A DNA stretch of 63,098 nt, counting the filler, from Reticulomyxa filosa (lineage: Eukaryota; Protista; Foraminifera): assembly GCA_000512085.1 (NCBI GenBank). It is 15 parts of 15 records of this genome, joined end to end, with 100 filler letters (N's around TTAATTAATTAA, not from the genome) between each part and the next. Parts side by side here need not be neighbours in the genome. Positions count along the whole stretch, not along the records: positions 13,954 to 17,091 come from ASPP01015523.1; positions 17,192 to 19,743 come from ASPP01027332.1; positions 19,844 to 23,163 come from ASPP01003999.1; positions 23,264 to 28,113 come from ASPP01023969.1; 11 more parts are not named here. One strand, 5' to 3'. Shown here piece by piece: positions 14,020-26,404 of the stretch (position 1 is its first letter; every line of letters starts with the position of its first letter). The notes under the pieces are model-generated. The model searched no databases. It was given only the letters and a program-made list of their open reading frames with translations, and had not been told where the DNA came from. A program made the position numbers and the translations under genes.

Positions 14020-17000
14020 GAGATAAATTGAAAAGCATGATAAAAAGAGATTCAAAGTCGCCCAAATCTCTTCGGAAAAACTCGGTCGAAACGTCGAAGA
14101 GCAGTCGAGAGGGATCGAGGAATAGGTCGCATGATCGGACTCCGGAGACAAGCAAAGTGAAGAAAAGCCCGAAAGGCAAGGAAGATGATGAACCGAGCTC
14201 ACAGAGCAGAGGCAGTGTTGCGTCGAGCATTTCTCGGCCGTCGGTCCAAGACGAGTTGGACGAACATATACTTAGCGTCGATGGGTATGATAGACAGGGT
14301 TGGATGTATTGTCACAAGTTGACAACTGAGGCTTTTCGATGGAAGTCCACCGACAGTCCCAGTCAAAGGCACGTGTATCGTCGCAGAGTTTGGGTACGTG
14401 CTGCTGTTTGGCAACCTAAGATTACCAGTCGTCTCCCTGTGTCACAATCAGGTATGCAATAAAGATTTTTTATTTTTTTTTAAAAAATAAGTCTAATCCA
14501 ATATTCTTACTTTGTATACTACAGATCGCAGATCTCAAACTCAAAGTAACAATGGGACAGGAACGGTTGTCGACCCCTGCGAATATCTAATGGCGGAACT
14601 GTTGAACGGACTCATATGGCATGTCCATTTGATGAGTCATGAAAACATTGTAAACATTTTGCCGAAAGAGGGAACCAGCATTGACAAGGAAGCCTGGGGA
14701 AGTTTAATGCGACCAAAGAGTTGGTCAATGGTAAACACATTGAATATCGCAAGTGCGACAAAGACGAAAAACATGACAATGAAAACACCATGAAGACGCA
14801 AAGCGGTAAGAGTGCCAGTCGTCCATGCGAGCCCCCTGAAGAGGAGAACAAAACTAGTTACACCACCAAAGTCGACAGCACCAAATCCATCGTTATCGGT
14901 ACTTTGTCCACTCTGCGCGGAGGACAAAAAATATTCATTTATCAACGAGTCACCGACCTCTACTTTGTCGACGACATGTTGGAACGAACTTTGAAATTGA
15001 GCGATTTGGTTACCGCTTTGAAAGGTTTACAATTCCATTATGAGCCAATGAAAAATACAGGTAATAATACATATACATATATATATGTACATATATGTAC
15101 ATATATATATGTATATGTGTATATAAAAACAAGTAAAAATATAAAATGCATCCTTTTTCAATGTGTTTGCAAGGAGTAACTGATACCCGTTCGACATTTG
15201 ACTATCATTTGCAAAGTGCTGGAAGTTATTTGAAAAAAAAAAAAAATAAATAAAATGTTTTCTTTTGTCATACAAACTAACACCTAATCTCTTTGGTCTT
15301 TACTTTGCATTGCATAGCTGGACAAGCCAATGTGCTAACGAGCTGTGACAAAATTTATGAACTGCTTGCGGAGGTACTGTATGAATGCATGTTCCATTCT
15401 TCGGCACGTGTATACGCCGATTCCGACAGAAGTCGCCTGTTGCATGATTTGGCCGAAATTGGCACATTGTACAGCAACTTGAAAAAAACGAAACTCGTGT
15501 CCAATGTGTTATGTATTGTTACTATCACTTGTTCTTTTTTTCTCTTGTTGATGAATTCTTGTCAAAACAAGGGAGACAAAATTATATATATATATATGTA
15601 TATGGTCACATGTTTTTCCAACTCTTTAGAACGCAGTTGGCGCTGCTGTTGCAAGCGTACATTCGAAGTATCCACAAAGGAAAGGGGGACCATGATAATG
15701 AAGTCAATCCATTATGGATCGTTGATGATCTATTCCATTTTAAAAAAAAATTTGCTTCATTGCGATTAGATCAGATTCAGTTGGGTCATATTTTGACAAA
15801 ACCATTTTTTTTTTTTTTTTTTAAATTCCAACGAATTATGATAAACTCAAGTTCTATTTGTATGTGTGTGTGTGATGTGATTGAATGGTATAATACTTGG
15901 ACAGACAACTCTGTTTGTTCTTTCCCGATATGCTGACAGATATGAAACATCTGTCGTGGATCATCCGTCGCGTATGTGAAGAGAAGAGAGAATCGGACGA
16001 ATTGAATACAAAAATGTGTCAATTGCAGCTGCAACGGAGCCAACGGACCTTGGAGCAGTGGCTCAAGTTCCTGCACGATGGTGTCAAGGCGTATGTGATC
16101 GGAGAGATCATTGCGCTCTACACAGATATTTGCGCCTCCAAAGACGACGTCATTTCCAATCCACAGTCGGCGTATACAGACTATGTCACCTTTGTGTTGG
16201 AATGCTTCAAAATCTCCGCCGAAACTGCTGTTTTGTCTCTCTGTTTTTAATTCTCGTTATTATTATTAATAACATTACTATTATTTTATTTTTTTAAAGA
16301 ATCGAAATAAACAATTAATAAACTTAAACGTGTGACATTTGTTTTTTTATAATGAACGCAATTTTGACGGGGGGGGGGGGTGCAGTATTTGAAAAGGAAA
16401 GAGCAATACGAAATTGGAATGATTTTGAATGACTCAGCGAATGACGACGTTCCGCCGTCGTCGCATGAGAGCAAAGACGAAGAGAATAAAGAAGATGCGG
16501 ACAGCAAAACAGAAAAAGAAGCGAAAACGGCAGAGCCTGAGAATACAGACGTCGTTGCACAACAGCTGAAAAAGAACCAAGACGATTTGTTGGAATACTT
16601 TCGTGACGAATCGAAGCGAAAAGAGTGGTTCGAGTTTGTTGACGAAATCGAACAGCTGATCAAAGACGACTCGCATATGAGCATCACGCTGTGGAAGCGT
16701 GATGTCTTTACGACCATACCACAAGTTACAATCACAAATCTGAAGAGTTTGAAAGGGGGAGAGGGGGGGGGAGGAAAAAAAAAAAAAGGACAAAAGAGAT
16801 AATAAAGGGGACAAATATTAAATATTATAAACATGAAAATGAAATATAGATTGGAATGGAAACTTTGGCATTGAAATTCGCCGGTGATGTAATCAATTTG
16901 TTGGCATCGAACCAAGAAAGTTTAGAATTGGCATATCGAATCCTTTTAACTGGAGCTTACCGATTGCAACTGCTCTTGCAAAGACTGTGTTACCAACATG

Positions 17001-17091
17001 CATTTTTGCAACGGCAGCATGAGGAGAATGAAGATGCTGAAATTGACCAAGATGCTGATGTCGAGACCGATGCTAATGATAATGTTAATGA
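14020..17091 (+). CDS. Multi-exon protein with a DysF (dysferlin/Pex30-type) domain followed by helical regions; both ends truncated
   Basis: DRQGWMYC...F.W......RHVYRRRVWVR at ~14290-14400 matches the DysF GW.Y...RRRRWVR signature. About 8 collinear plus-strand exons separated by GT-AG introns. Confidence 0.6.
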
Positions 17092-17191
17092 NNNNNNNNN
17101 NNNNNNNNNNNNNNNNNNNNNNNNNNNNNNNNNNNTTAATTAATTAANNNNNNNNNNNNNNNNNNNNNNNNNNNNNNNNNNNNNNNNNNNN
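17092..17191. other. Artificial contig linker
   Basis: 44N-TTAATTAATTAA-44N. Confidence 0.99.
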
Positions 17192-18958
17192 CAAATTTAC
17201 TGCAAGAAAATATGTCAAAATTATAATGTGAAATTGTTAAATACATTTTTATCCAACTAGAAATAATTTCATATTATAATTATTTATATTAAACAAAAAA
17301 CAATTTTTTTTAAAAAAAAGAAAGTATGATAAATATAAAACGAAAATATTATATATATTTAATTATTATTCAATTTAAAAAAATAAAATAAACATTTATA
17401 ATAAATTTCTCTTAAATAACATCAACAGTTTTTTTTCCACATAAAATACAATAAAACAAATTTTTAAATATAAATATAAATATATATAATGTGTATAACA
17501 AAATTAGCACATATTTGACACTTTTTATAAAATGTTTGTTTTTAAATTAAATACAATTATAAACTTTTTATCAAAAACTTGTTAAATTTAGATTAAAAAT
17601 CAGTTTCAAGTAATTTTGTTATGATATTTATTAAAAATTTATTAATAATGAAGAAACTTTGATAAAAAGATTAAACAAGCTCAATCATATTACTTTAAAA
17701 ATTTGAACATATTGCGGAATAATTGATCATGTTTAGAGGTGAATACAATAATTGTGTGAAAATTTCTGTTGAAATTAAACTCTTGATATGAATAAACAGA
17801 AGGTACAAAATTTTCAGATAAATATTAATGTCTATTTTTTATGGTAATGTAATCTTTCTTATTTCAAATATTGTTGTACTTTACTTACTCCTTTCTTGAA
17901 GTTTTAAAACGTTATGTACAATAACGATGATCTATATCATTTATCTATTTATATACAAACGATATTACTATAGACATAGCACAAAATAAAAACTGATTTA
18001 TATTACTTATTATTAATGGCTATCCTAAAGGTTATCAAAAAGAAAAATAGTATACCATATAGATAATTATTTTTTATAACTTTGTTGAAAACCAAAAAGA
18101 ATAACAAAAAAATTGAATAATTGTTAGATTCCATCGATACATATAAAAAAAATGTTAATATTTGAATGATTAATCACAAATATATCAAAACAAAAATCCA
18201 ACAAATTTTTTCAATTTTTTTGAGGAAATCAAAATATCATCCATTCTGATACGCGAAAGCCGCAATTAATAAAACATCACGAAGCAAGAAATTATTGTTA
18301 TTCTATTTGTTAAATGAACACAGCCTTTAAGTGTTTATTTATCATTTATTTGACTCTTGTCTAATTATGTACAATTGGCTAAAATGCTTTTTTTTCATTT
18401 ACTAAATAGTCTTATAAACGAGAACAATCTAAAATATGTGTTAAAAAATTAATGTCCAAGTTTTGAAATTGTATTTATAATAAATCTAATATGTGAAAAA
18501 TTATCAAGATTAAATAGATATTTATTTCAATCTTTCCTTTTGTTAAAAATTGTGTATAATTAAATTTGTGATTATTGTTTGAAAAAAAATATATATATAC
18601 ATATATGTATATATTTTTATATTAATAATAATAATTTATGTAACATGAATCGACAAAATAATTATTTAAAGTTTTATTTACATTATTATAGGAATATTGA
18701 GACGACTAACTGTAATACGAAAGGAACTTAGTTCTAAAAAGTAACTTCAAATAAAAGGAAAACAAAAAGTGAGTCCTATGGGGGTTTCATCGTTCCATTA
18801 GTATTTGAAATTGTAATAAAATGTTTTTAAATGATTTGATTATATTTCTGAATAAGTATGAATCACACATATTATATAATATGTGAATTTAAAACTTATT
18901 TAAATGTTAAAAAAAAAAATTTAAATAAAAAAAAACGTAAATGATGTTATATAAATTT

Positions 18959-19700
18959 TTAAAAATGATTTGATATAGAAAAATCAATTGTAGTTTCTGA
19001 TATAATTTCTGGATATGTTTGAATAAGATTACTTTGATCAACATTTTCAGATTGTTGAATATGAATAAAATCTGTTTGATTAAATTGATGATTAGATTTA
19101 AATACATCTTGAATAGCTCTATGAAGCATATCTTGTGCAAAAGTATCAGATGGTGAAATACTTAAAACTTTATGATAATAATGAATAGCAGTTTCATAAA
19201 TTCCAGTTAAATGATAAATAAAAGCAATAGAATTTAAGATAGTAGGATCTCTAGGACTAATATGAAAAGCTTGCATATAATAATGAAGAGAATTTTTAAA
19301 ATCAGATTTTTTTCTAAAACAATGTCCAATATTTAAATATATACTTTCCCATTGATCATACATACAACTAATATTAAAATTTTTTTATTATAAGATAAAA
19401 GATCAATAGCTTTTTTAAAATATTGTAATGATAATTCCCAATTTTTATCATGATATGCAATAACTCCTAATTCATTCCATATCATAGGATCTTTATCATA
19501 TAAAATAGAAGATGCTTTTAAATATTTTTCACTATAAATATAATTATTACAATGTAAATATTCTATACCCATACAAAGTAAAGGTAGATATGATCCAGGA
19601 AACATTTTATGAGAAGTTCTATATGCAGCCATAGCTTGATCATGAGCATCTTGTTCACTAAATGTATGACCAAATGCGATCCATGCAGGAGAAAAATATT
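18959..19700 (-). CDS. CDC16: Anaphase-promoting complex subunit 6 (CDC16/Cut9), C-terminal TPR part
   Basis: PAWIAFGHTFSEQDAHDQAMAAYRTSHKMFPGSYLPLLCMGIEY...DPMIWNELGVIAY...WESIYLNIGHCFRK...AIHYYHKVLSISPSDTFAQDML is the APC6 C-terminal TPR pattern. One-base frameshift in an A7 run near 19380. Confidence 0.9.
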
Positions 19701-19743
19701 TATCTATTATGTGTGTATGATATATGATATATCATACATATAT

Positions 19744-19843
19744 NNNNNNNNNNNNNNNNNNNNNNNNNNNNNNNNNNNNNNNNNNNNTTAATTAATTAAN
19801 NNNNNNNNNNNNNNNNNNNNNNNNNNNNNNNNNNNNNNNNNNN
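19744..19843. other. Artificial contig linker
   Basis: 44N-TTAATTAATTAA-44N. Confidence 0.99.
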
Positions 19844-20999
19844 GTGTGACACTGCAGAAAATTAAGTTGAAAAGAACTGAGATAGTCAAATTTAGCCAAG
19901 GCAAGTGGACAAAGACCACGGGCGAAAATATGGACATCGCAGTTGAGATCAATTCCGGCCCAAAAAGACTTCTTCGCAATCTTCGTTGCAGTCTTCTCTT
20001 CCTCCACGCTCGGCCACTTCCGATAGATTGCATCAAAAAATTAAACATTCCATCCAAAAAACTACTTCATTTCGAAAAAAATAGAAATTTCAAGCCTACT
20101 TAATCCATTCCGCTTTTGTGTTGATTTTTTTGTTTGTTATTTTCGAATTGAATTAAATTACATTATTTTATTACATATTATCTGTGTCGTTGCAATCTTT
20201 CGGTGATACAAACAAAAAAAAAAGGTGACATACTTTTATTTGTAAGTAATAATACAGTTTTTGTCATCTTTCATTACAAATTCTTAAAAAAAGCGTTTTA
20301 AGTGCTATGCAGCTAGTCTTTTACTAACTTAAAAAGTAATCACAAGTTGTGTACAGAGTGAATATGTTCTTCCGAATTCAAAACATTTACCGTTTTCTCT
20401 TTCACCAAAAAGTAAATACAAAACAATATAATAATGCACAAATCACAAACCATTATATATAAAAAAAAGAATATTTATAAGTTTTGAAAATAAAAAATAA
20501 TTAAAAACAAAAATTGATGTTTTATTTATCAATAAAACGTTATTGTAATAATCCTTTTGATTATTTGTAATTTCTACGGTATATTATTACAAAATATTGC
20601 ATAAATACAAAATTAAATATTGACAATATGCGTTTGCTCGACAACAACCAGCGTTGCAAGTGCTGTCGTCCAAATCCGACAGAGTCATTGTTCAAAGAAG
20701 AAGAAAAAGCAGGAGATCACGTTTTGTTACATTCGGGCGAAGAAGGCAAACGGGTGTGCAACAATTACATAACTCAAACGTTGATAAAAAAATGTTATTG
20801 ATCAACAAATCAGTCAATGTAATATTATCAAAATCAACTTATTGCACACCAAAAGGCTTGATTAACAAATGCGAAAATTCTCATCAAAATCAAACAATAA
20901 ACCTGCCCATTTTGGTTTGAAACAAGGTTTGTCCATTAAATGCTCCGTATTGGTATTGAGATCCCACGTGTCCAACTCTCGCTCTAATGAGAGGCTCCG

Positions 21000-21825
21000 C
21001 TCATCCGAGTCATTGCCGGCCATTTGACTGTGCCGTCCATGGCATTGGCCGAAAAGTCATTCCAACACGAGTCCGATTCATGTCACTTTGGCAAACTCCG
21101 TGGTGAAATACTTTTTGCCATTTACATTCCAATCATCTTCATTGGGCCATCAATGTTGTGATTTCAATCCGATAATTTCGCCGTCGCTGAGTACAAGGTC
21201 AGTTTGGACAATTGTGTGAACACTTTGTGAATGTCTCTCGGCGTCACAAACAGTCCATAGCCATGTCTTGTCGAAAACTTGTATTTGCCATCATAGCATT
21301 GAGCGAGTGATTTATCCAACTCAATTCCAATGTTTTCATTGTTATTGATTCCATTTTTTGAATATACCAAATCGTTCCTTTCATATATATGTGTACATAT
21401 TTTTGTATGTCATTTATTCATTTGAAAAAACAAATAAAATTCTAAATTATAAATGATAAATTATTATTAAAATAAACTTGTTCGTCCTTGCAGCTATTTC
21501 AATACGATTATTCAATCGTTTTACTCAATTCCTCCTTTGCAACCCCTTTCTTTTGTTCCAAAATCTTGAGCCGCTCTTCCACGCCGATTCTGTTGCTCGT
21601 TCGTGGATTGTACTCTTCGTTCAAAAAATAATTCAGGTCGAAATACTTTTAGGTTGGAAGGGACCTTCAAATCTTGCCAATATCTTTGAGTTCTCGTCCG
21701 GTTTTGTAACTAAAGTGCCGCTTTCCATTTTTCGATCCATCGTCTGCATTTTCGTCGCGTTCGTTGAATTCCATGACGATAAAATTTTCACCTTTGACAC
21801 AGTATTTGACAACCTGAAATCCTAA
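21000..21825 (-). pseudogene. Decayed multi-CAP-Gly domain gene
   Basis: Three to four degenerate CAP-Gly fragments: VVKY...FIVMEFNERDENADDGSKNGKRHFSYKTG; IGIELDKSLAQCYDGKYKFSTRHGYGLFVTPRDI; WNVNGKKYFT; TEFAKVT*IGLVLE.DFSANAMDGTV. Broken by stops and frameshifts. Confidence 0.6.
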
Positions 21826-23163
21826 ACGGTTTCAATCCAAAATTTTCTTACAAAATATGTGTTCCTCCCAAAAAAAAAAAGATTTGTGTTTTTGATATGT
21901 TATTGTATACGTTGTTTCCTCATTAGCGACTACTTTTTCATCATCTACGCAAAAAAAAAAAAAAATTATTTGTCAATCCGATTTCTGCTCCTGGAATGTT
22001 CAGAAATTATAATTTTGCCTAAATGTTTTTGTTGCAATGGTATCAAGTCGCTTTTTTTTTTTGTGCTGCTGAAGATTTACATGACAAATATCATCTGGTT
22101 GATAGTATGTACATTTACCTGTGGTTTTTCCTCTTTTTTCTCGTATTCGGTATCACACCTTTTTCCCATTGATGATAATTCCAACAAAGAGAAATTTTTC
22201 AACTTCACCCCAAATTGGGTCATTCCTAATTTTGTTATGCTTTGCTTTTCGGAATCCCTTTTTATAAGATGGCGAGTGTTCTTGATAGTCAATGTATTAA
22301 AATATTAGATTTGAAATAAGATTGGTCACAATGATGCGATAAAAAATACATAAAACCATGACCCTGCTAAACAGATTGAATGAAACAGCAAAAAAATGGA
22401 TATCCTCTCTTGACTGTGAAGATAGATTGTACAACGTCAATCTGAATGTTGCCAATGTCAGGAGAGATCACAATAGGCAAGCGCATTTGTTTTGGCCGTG
22501 ATGGCAGCATCTCTTTTTCGAATAATGTTGTTTTGGGTGTATTGGGTACATGCTGATTGTTTTCTTTCTTTTTGGCAGCTGTTGCATTTTGCAGAGGAAT
22601 ACATTAATGAAAGAACGCTCCATGTTGTCTACGTTTGGCTTGTTAGACTGTTTAAAGAGAGAAGAGTTAAAACCACATTCGTAAAGCCCAAGAGAACTTT
22701 TTCTAAAAAGGGAAAACTTTTTCTCTTCAACAGAAAAATCATTACTCAAGGAAAAATAATAAATCATTCCAAAGAAACAATTTTAATTTTCAATTATTTG
22801 TAATTAATTCGTTTTTTGGAATTACAATTGTAGAAATATAATACAAAAAATTTTAATAATTATTTTTCAAGTTTTTTTGTCAAAATATCCCAAAAAATTA
22901 CAAATTTACATCTTTTTTATTAACATTTATGAGTTGTGCATTATGTCTTAACTAAGGAAAAAGGTCTTTTTTTTTTGTTGTTGTTGTGTTTCTGTCGTAC
23001 CAGCTCGTAATTAGGGTGATTACACCCTCTTTCACTTGTATGTCTTTTCTGTTTTGTTTCTTTAAATAATTTCAACTTAAAAAGAAAAGTGGTTTGTTGT
23101 TCACAGCCGTCCACTTTTTAAAAAAAAATGGCTTTCTTATTCGGGTGCTGTGCATCCTTTAAC

Positions 23164-23263
23164 NNNNNNNNNNNNNNNNNNNNNNNNNNNNNNNNNNNNN
23201 NNNNNNNTTAATTAATTAANNNNNNNNNNNNNNNNNNNNNNNNNNNNNNNNNNNNNNNNNNNN
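23164..23263. other. Artificial contig linker
   Basis: 44N-TTAATTAATTAA-44N. Confidence 0.99.
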
Positions 23264-24163
23264 GAAACATAGCCATTGACATCAAACAAGTGAGAATGTA
23301 TGCAATACAATCAAACTTAAAAAAAAAAAAAAAAAAAACTTATATATATACATATATATTTATATATATGTTTATTTATATTTTATACTTTTGTTTTATG
23401 TTCCTCATTTCTTCTCCACTTTTTTTTTTTCTTCGGACAATTAACAAACAAAAAAAAAAACCCGTGTTTTTTATCATTTTCATTTAAAGAAAATAATAAC
23501 AACAACAATAATTAGCAATAAAAATACTAATCGCGACAAAACTTATCAAAGTAATAAACTGCTCGGTATATCGTTTCGCGTTCCAATTTCAAATCAATTC
23601 CCATCATACAAATCCAATTAACGCACGTTGTTCGGTGCGACAAATGGCAAGCGTCCGAATTGTACCAATGTTTTTCTGCACAAATCTGCTCTTCTTTTAA
23701 CATTTGCTCAAACACATCTTTTTCACTAGTATCCGGACCTATTTATTCGTTACATATCCAATTTTTTTTATTTTTTTTTTTGCCTTTTGGTGGAAAAAAA
23801 TAAGTAATATCAAAAAAACATTGACACAAGTGAAAGACTGTTTCCAAAAAAAAATTTCTTTTTTTACAAACCTATGATTTGGATTATTTCTTCCTCGCAA
23901 TACATTTTTAGTGGCGTTATTGGCTTGATACCCTTGAATTGTGACACACCGTTTGGGGGAGTCACATTTTCGTGTTCCCATTTTTGAGGATTTGGCGAAC
24001 TTGCCACTTCATCACTTTTCCCGCTACTGTCTAGCGATGCCGATACTTTGTCTTTTTCATCACTACTTGATGCTAAACTTGTTGAACGCGAAAAGCTTTC
24101 TAAATACAAATTATCAATGCCAATCTCTAGCTCCTTTGTCGAATTTTGAACGGTTTGACGCAT
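23264..24163 (-). CDS. Cyclin, N-terminal part (3' truncated)
   Basis: Ser-rich N-terminus, then cyclin box start HRTTCVNWICMMGIDLKLERETIYRAVYYFDKF (R..LV.W......L..ET...AV.Y.DRF); next exon ...ILTCLMSMA. Confidence 0.8.
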
Positions 24164-24682
24164 TTCAATGTTTTCTTGCGAACAAACACGACCAAAATTA
24201 AAACTAAAAAGGAACAAATAAAGACCTTTTTTTTTGTTGAATTATTTTTTTTTCCTAACAAAATGAAGTGTCGAAACAATACACTTTAGAATTTTAAGTG
24301 CCAAAAAGATTATGTTAACCTTATTCTTTTCAAAAATTAGTCGTGTAATGATGCTTTCTTCAACAAAGAGATAGAAGGCCTATATTCGATCAAATGCACA
24401 ATTATATGTCTTATGTCCAGAGTACCACACAACTGCGTCCATTCTTTTTACTTAGTTATTGCAAGTACTATTAATTTAAAAATGAATATTCGAAAGTTTG
24501 AGATAGAATTGAAATATCAAACGAACGAGATCTCGTTTGTCAAAAAAAGCTTGAAGAATATTGTCACAGCTTAAGCTTTTCTTTCTCTTCATTTTCCTCA
24601 AAGTGAAGAATATATTGAAGATAAATGTGAATACAAAAATGGCTGTAATTAAAAAGTAAGATCTGCACAAGAGAGAAAAAGT

Positions 24683-26136
24683 TTACAATTTCGACTTTGC
24701 ACTGCCAGCAAGATTTTTGGGCAGACACGTGTTATCAATACAAACAACCAATTTGCCCACCGATTTGCGTGAAAATAATTCCACAAAGGCTTGCCTGACA
24801 TCGTTGATGGTGAAAGAGAAAGTGTTTCCAACGACTGGTTTCAACAACCCTTCGTCATACAAGCGCAACGCCCCAACTAAAGAGGAATAAAAAGAAGGAA
24901 AGTCTTTGAGTCCAGTGGCACCCCACAGCACTCCAGAGACGTCGATGCTTTTTAATAAAATCCGATTGGCCGCAATTTTGGGGATCTCTCCGCCTGCAAA
25001 TCCAATAATCATCATTTTTCCATACCAATTCATGCACTTTAATGCTTCATCAAACACTTTGCCTCCGACGACATCGACAAACAAATCCAATCCTTGATTT
25101 TTGCTTATTTGCAGGACTTCAGACGACCACTTGTTTTTTTTTTTTTTTAAAAAAAAAGGAGTGTTGAATAGTATATAAATATAAACATATATATATATAT
25201 ATTTTTATTTATAACATATACATATATATTTCAGTATACGCACTCACTTACATTAGGTACGCGCTTGTAGTCAATGATATGAGTGGCTCCACATTGTTGG
25301 ACCACGTCTGACTTTTCCGAGCCTCCACAGCAAGCGATAATGTTCACTGGCTCCTTTTCCTTTTCGCTAAGTGCTTTCAAAATTTGAATGGAAGCAGTGC
25401 CCACCCCTCCTGCAGCTGCACTTACCAAGGCGTTAATGCTGGCACTGTTGCTGCTTGCGTTTGCACCTTTGCTCTGTTTTTTGGATCGATGAGCTTTCAA
25501 TAGCTCGTCAAATTTTGCTCTTTGCACGATCGTCATATACGCCGTTCCATACGTTATGGCAAAGCCACTCGCGTCCAGCCAATCCATTTCATTGCTTGTC
25601 TTCCAAATCCCTGTCGGGTTGCAGATTGCATACTCACTGAACGCTCCGTGAGGAAACGCAGGGGACCCACAAATGTGATCTCCAACTTTGAAACCTTTTA
25701 CTTCTATTTTTTTAATGTGACGTTGCTCCTTCCCTTCAATTCTCCTTTCTCATTTTCTCCAATGTGCACCAAAAGAAAATTCTTTCTTTTTTTTTTTTTT
25801 TGCTCTTAACTGGAACCAACCTTAGTCACAATTCCGGAAAATTCTGAACCTGGAACAAATGGAGGTTTGAACTTGATTTGATATTTGTCCTTTTTTTTTT
25901 CCCCCAATGTTAAAAAAAAAAATTTGCTCTATCTATATTAGTCCCTCTTCTTTGTTGCACTCAAAACAACACGAAACTTGAAGAACTAAGCCGTCCAAAT
26001 AATTCAGTGCTGCTGCTTTCACTTGGACTTGGATTTGTGAATCATTTGGCTCAGGTATTGGGCGTGTTGTCAGTACAAGATTTTCCAAGCCCTCTTCCAA
26101 AGTCTTTCCTGTTTTGGTGCAAACAATGGCCTTCAT
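24683..26136 (-). CDS. NADPH:quinone oxidoreductase (MDR/zeta-crystallin-like) with PTS1 (-SKL), 4 exons
   Basis: MKAIVC..., VKAAALNYLD, PPFVPGSEFSG, ALVSAAAGGVGTASIQ, GATHIIDY, IIGFAGGEIP, RKSVGKLVV; ends AKSKL-TAA. Confidence 0.9.
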
Positions 26137-26404
26137 TTAATTCTAATCTTGAAAGATAAATTTTATTTCCTATCAAGAGCTCTTTCCCCTTCTCTTCGTT
26201 CACAGTGACCGACTGCTTTGTCAGCTAGGCTAAAGTTAAGACATAATATTGATAAAAGATTCAGTTGAAATATGTGATACTTTTGTTAAAAATAGTATCA
26301 TATTTCCAAAACTAAACAAGTCAAGACTTTTTCTTCTTCCTTGATACCTTTCCAGGCACGAAACACGCAAAAGGCAAAACATAAAAATATAATTTAAAAA
26401 AAAC

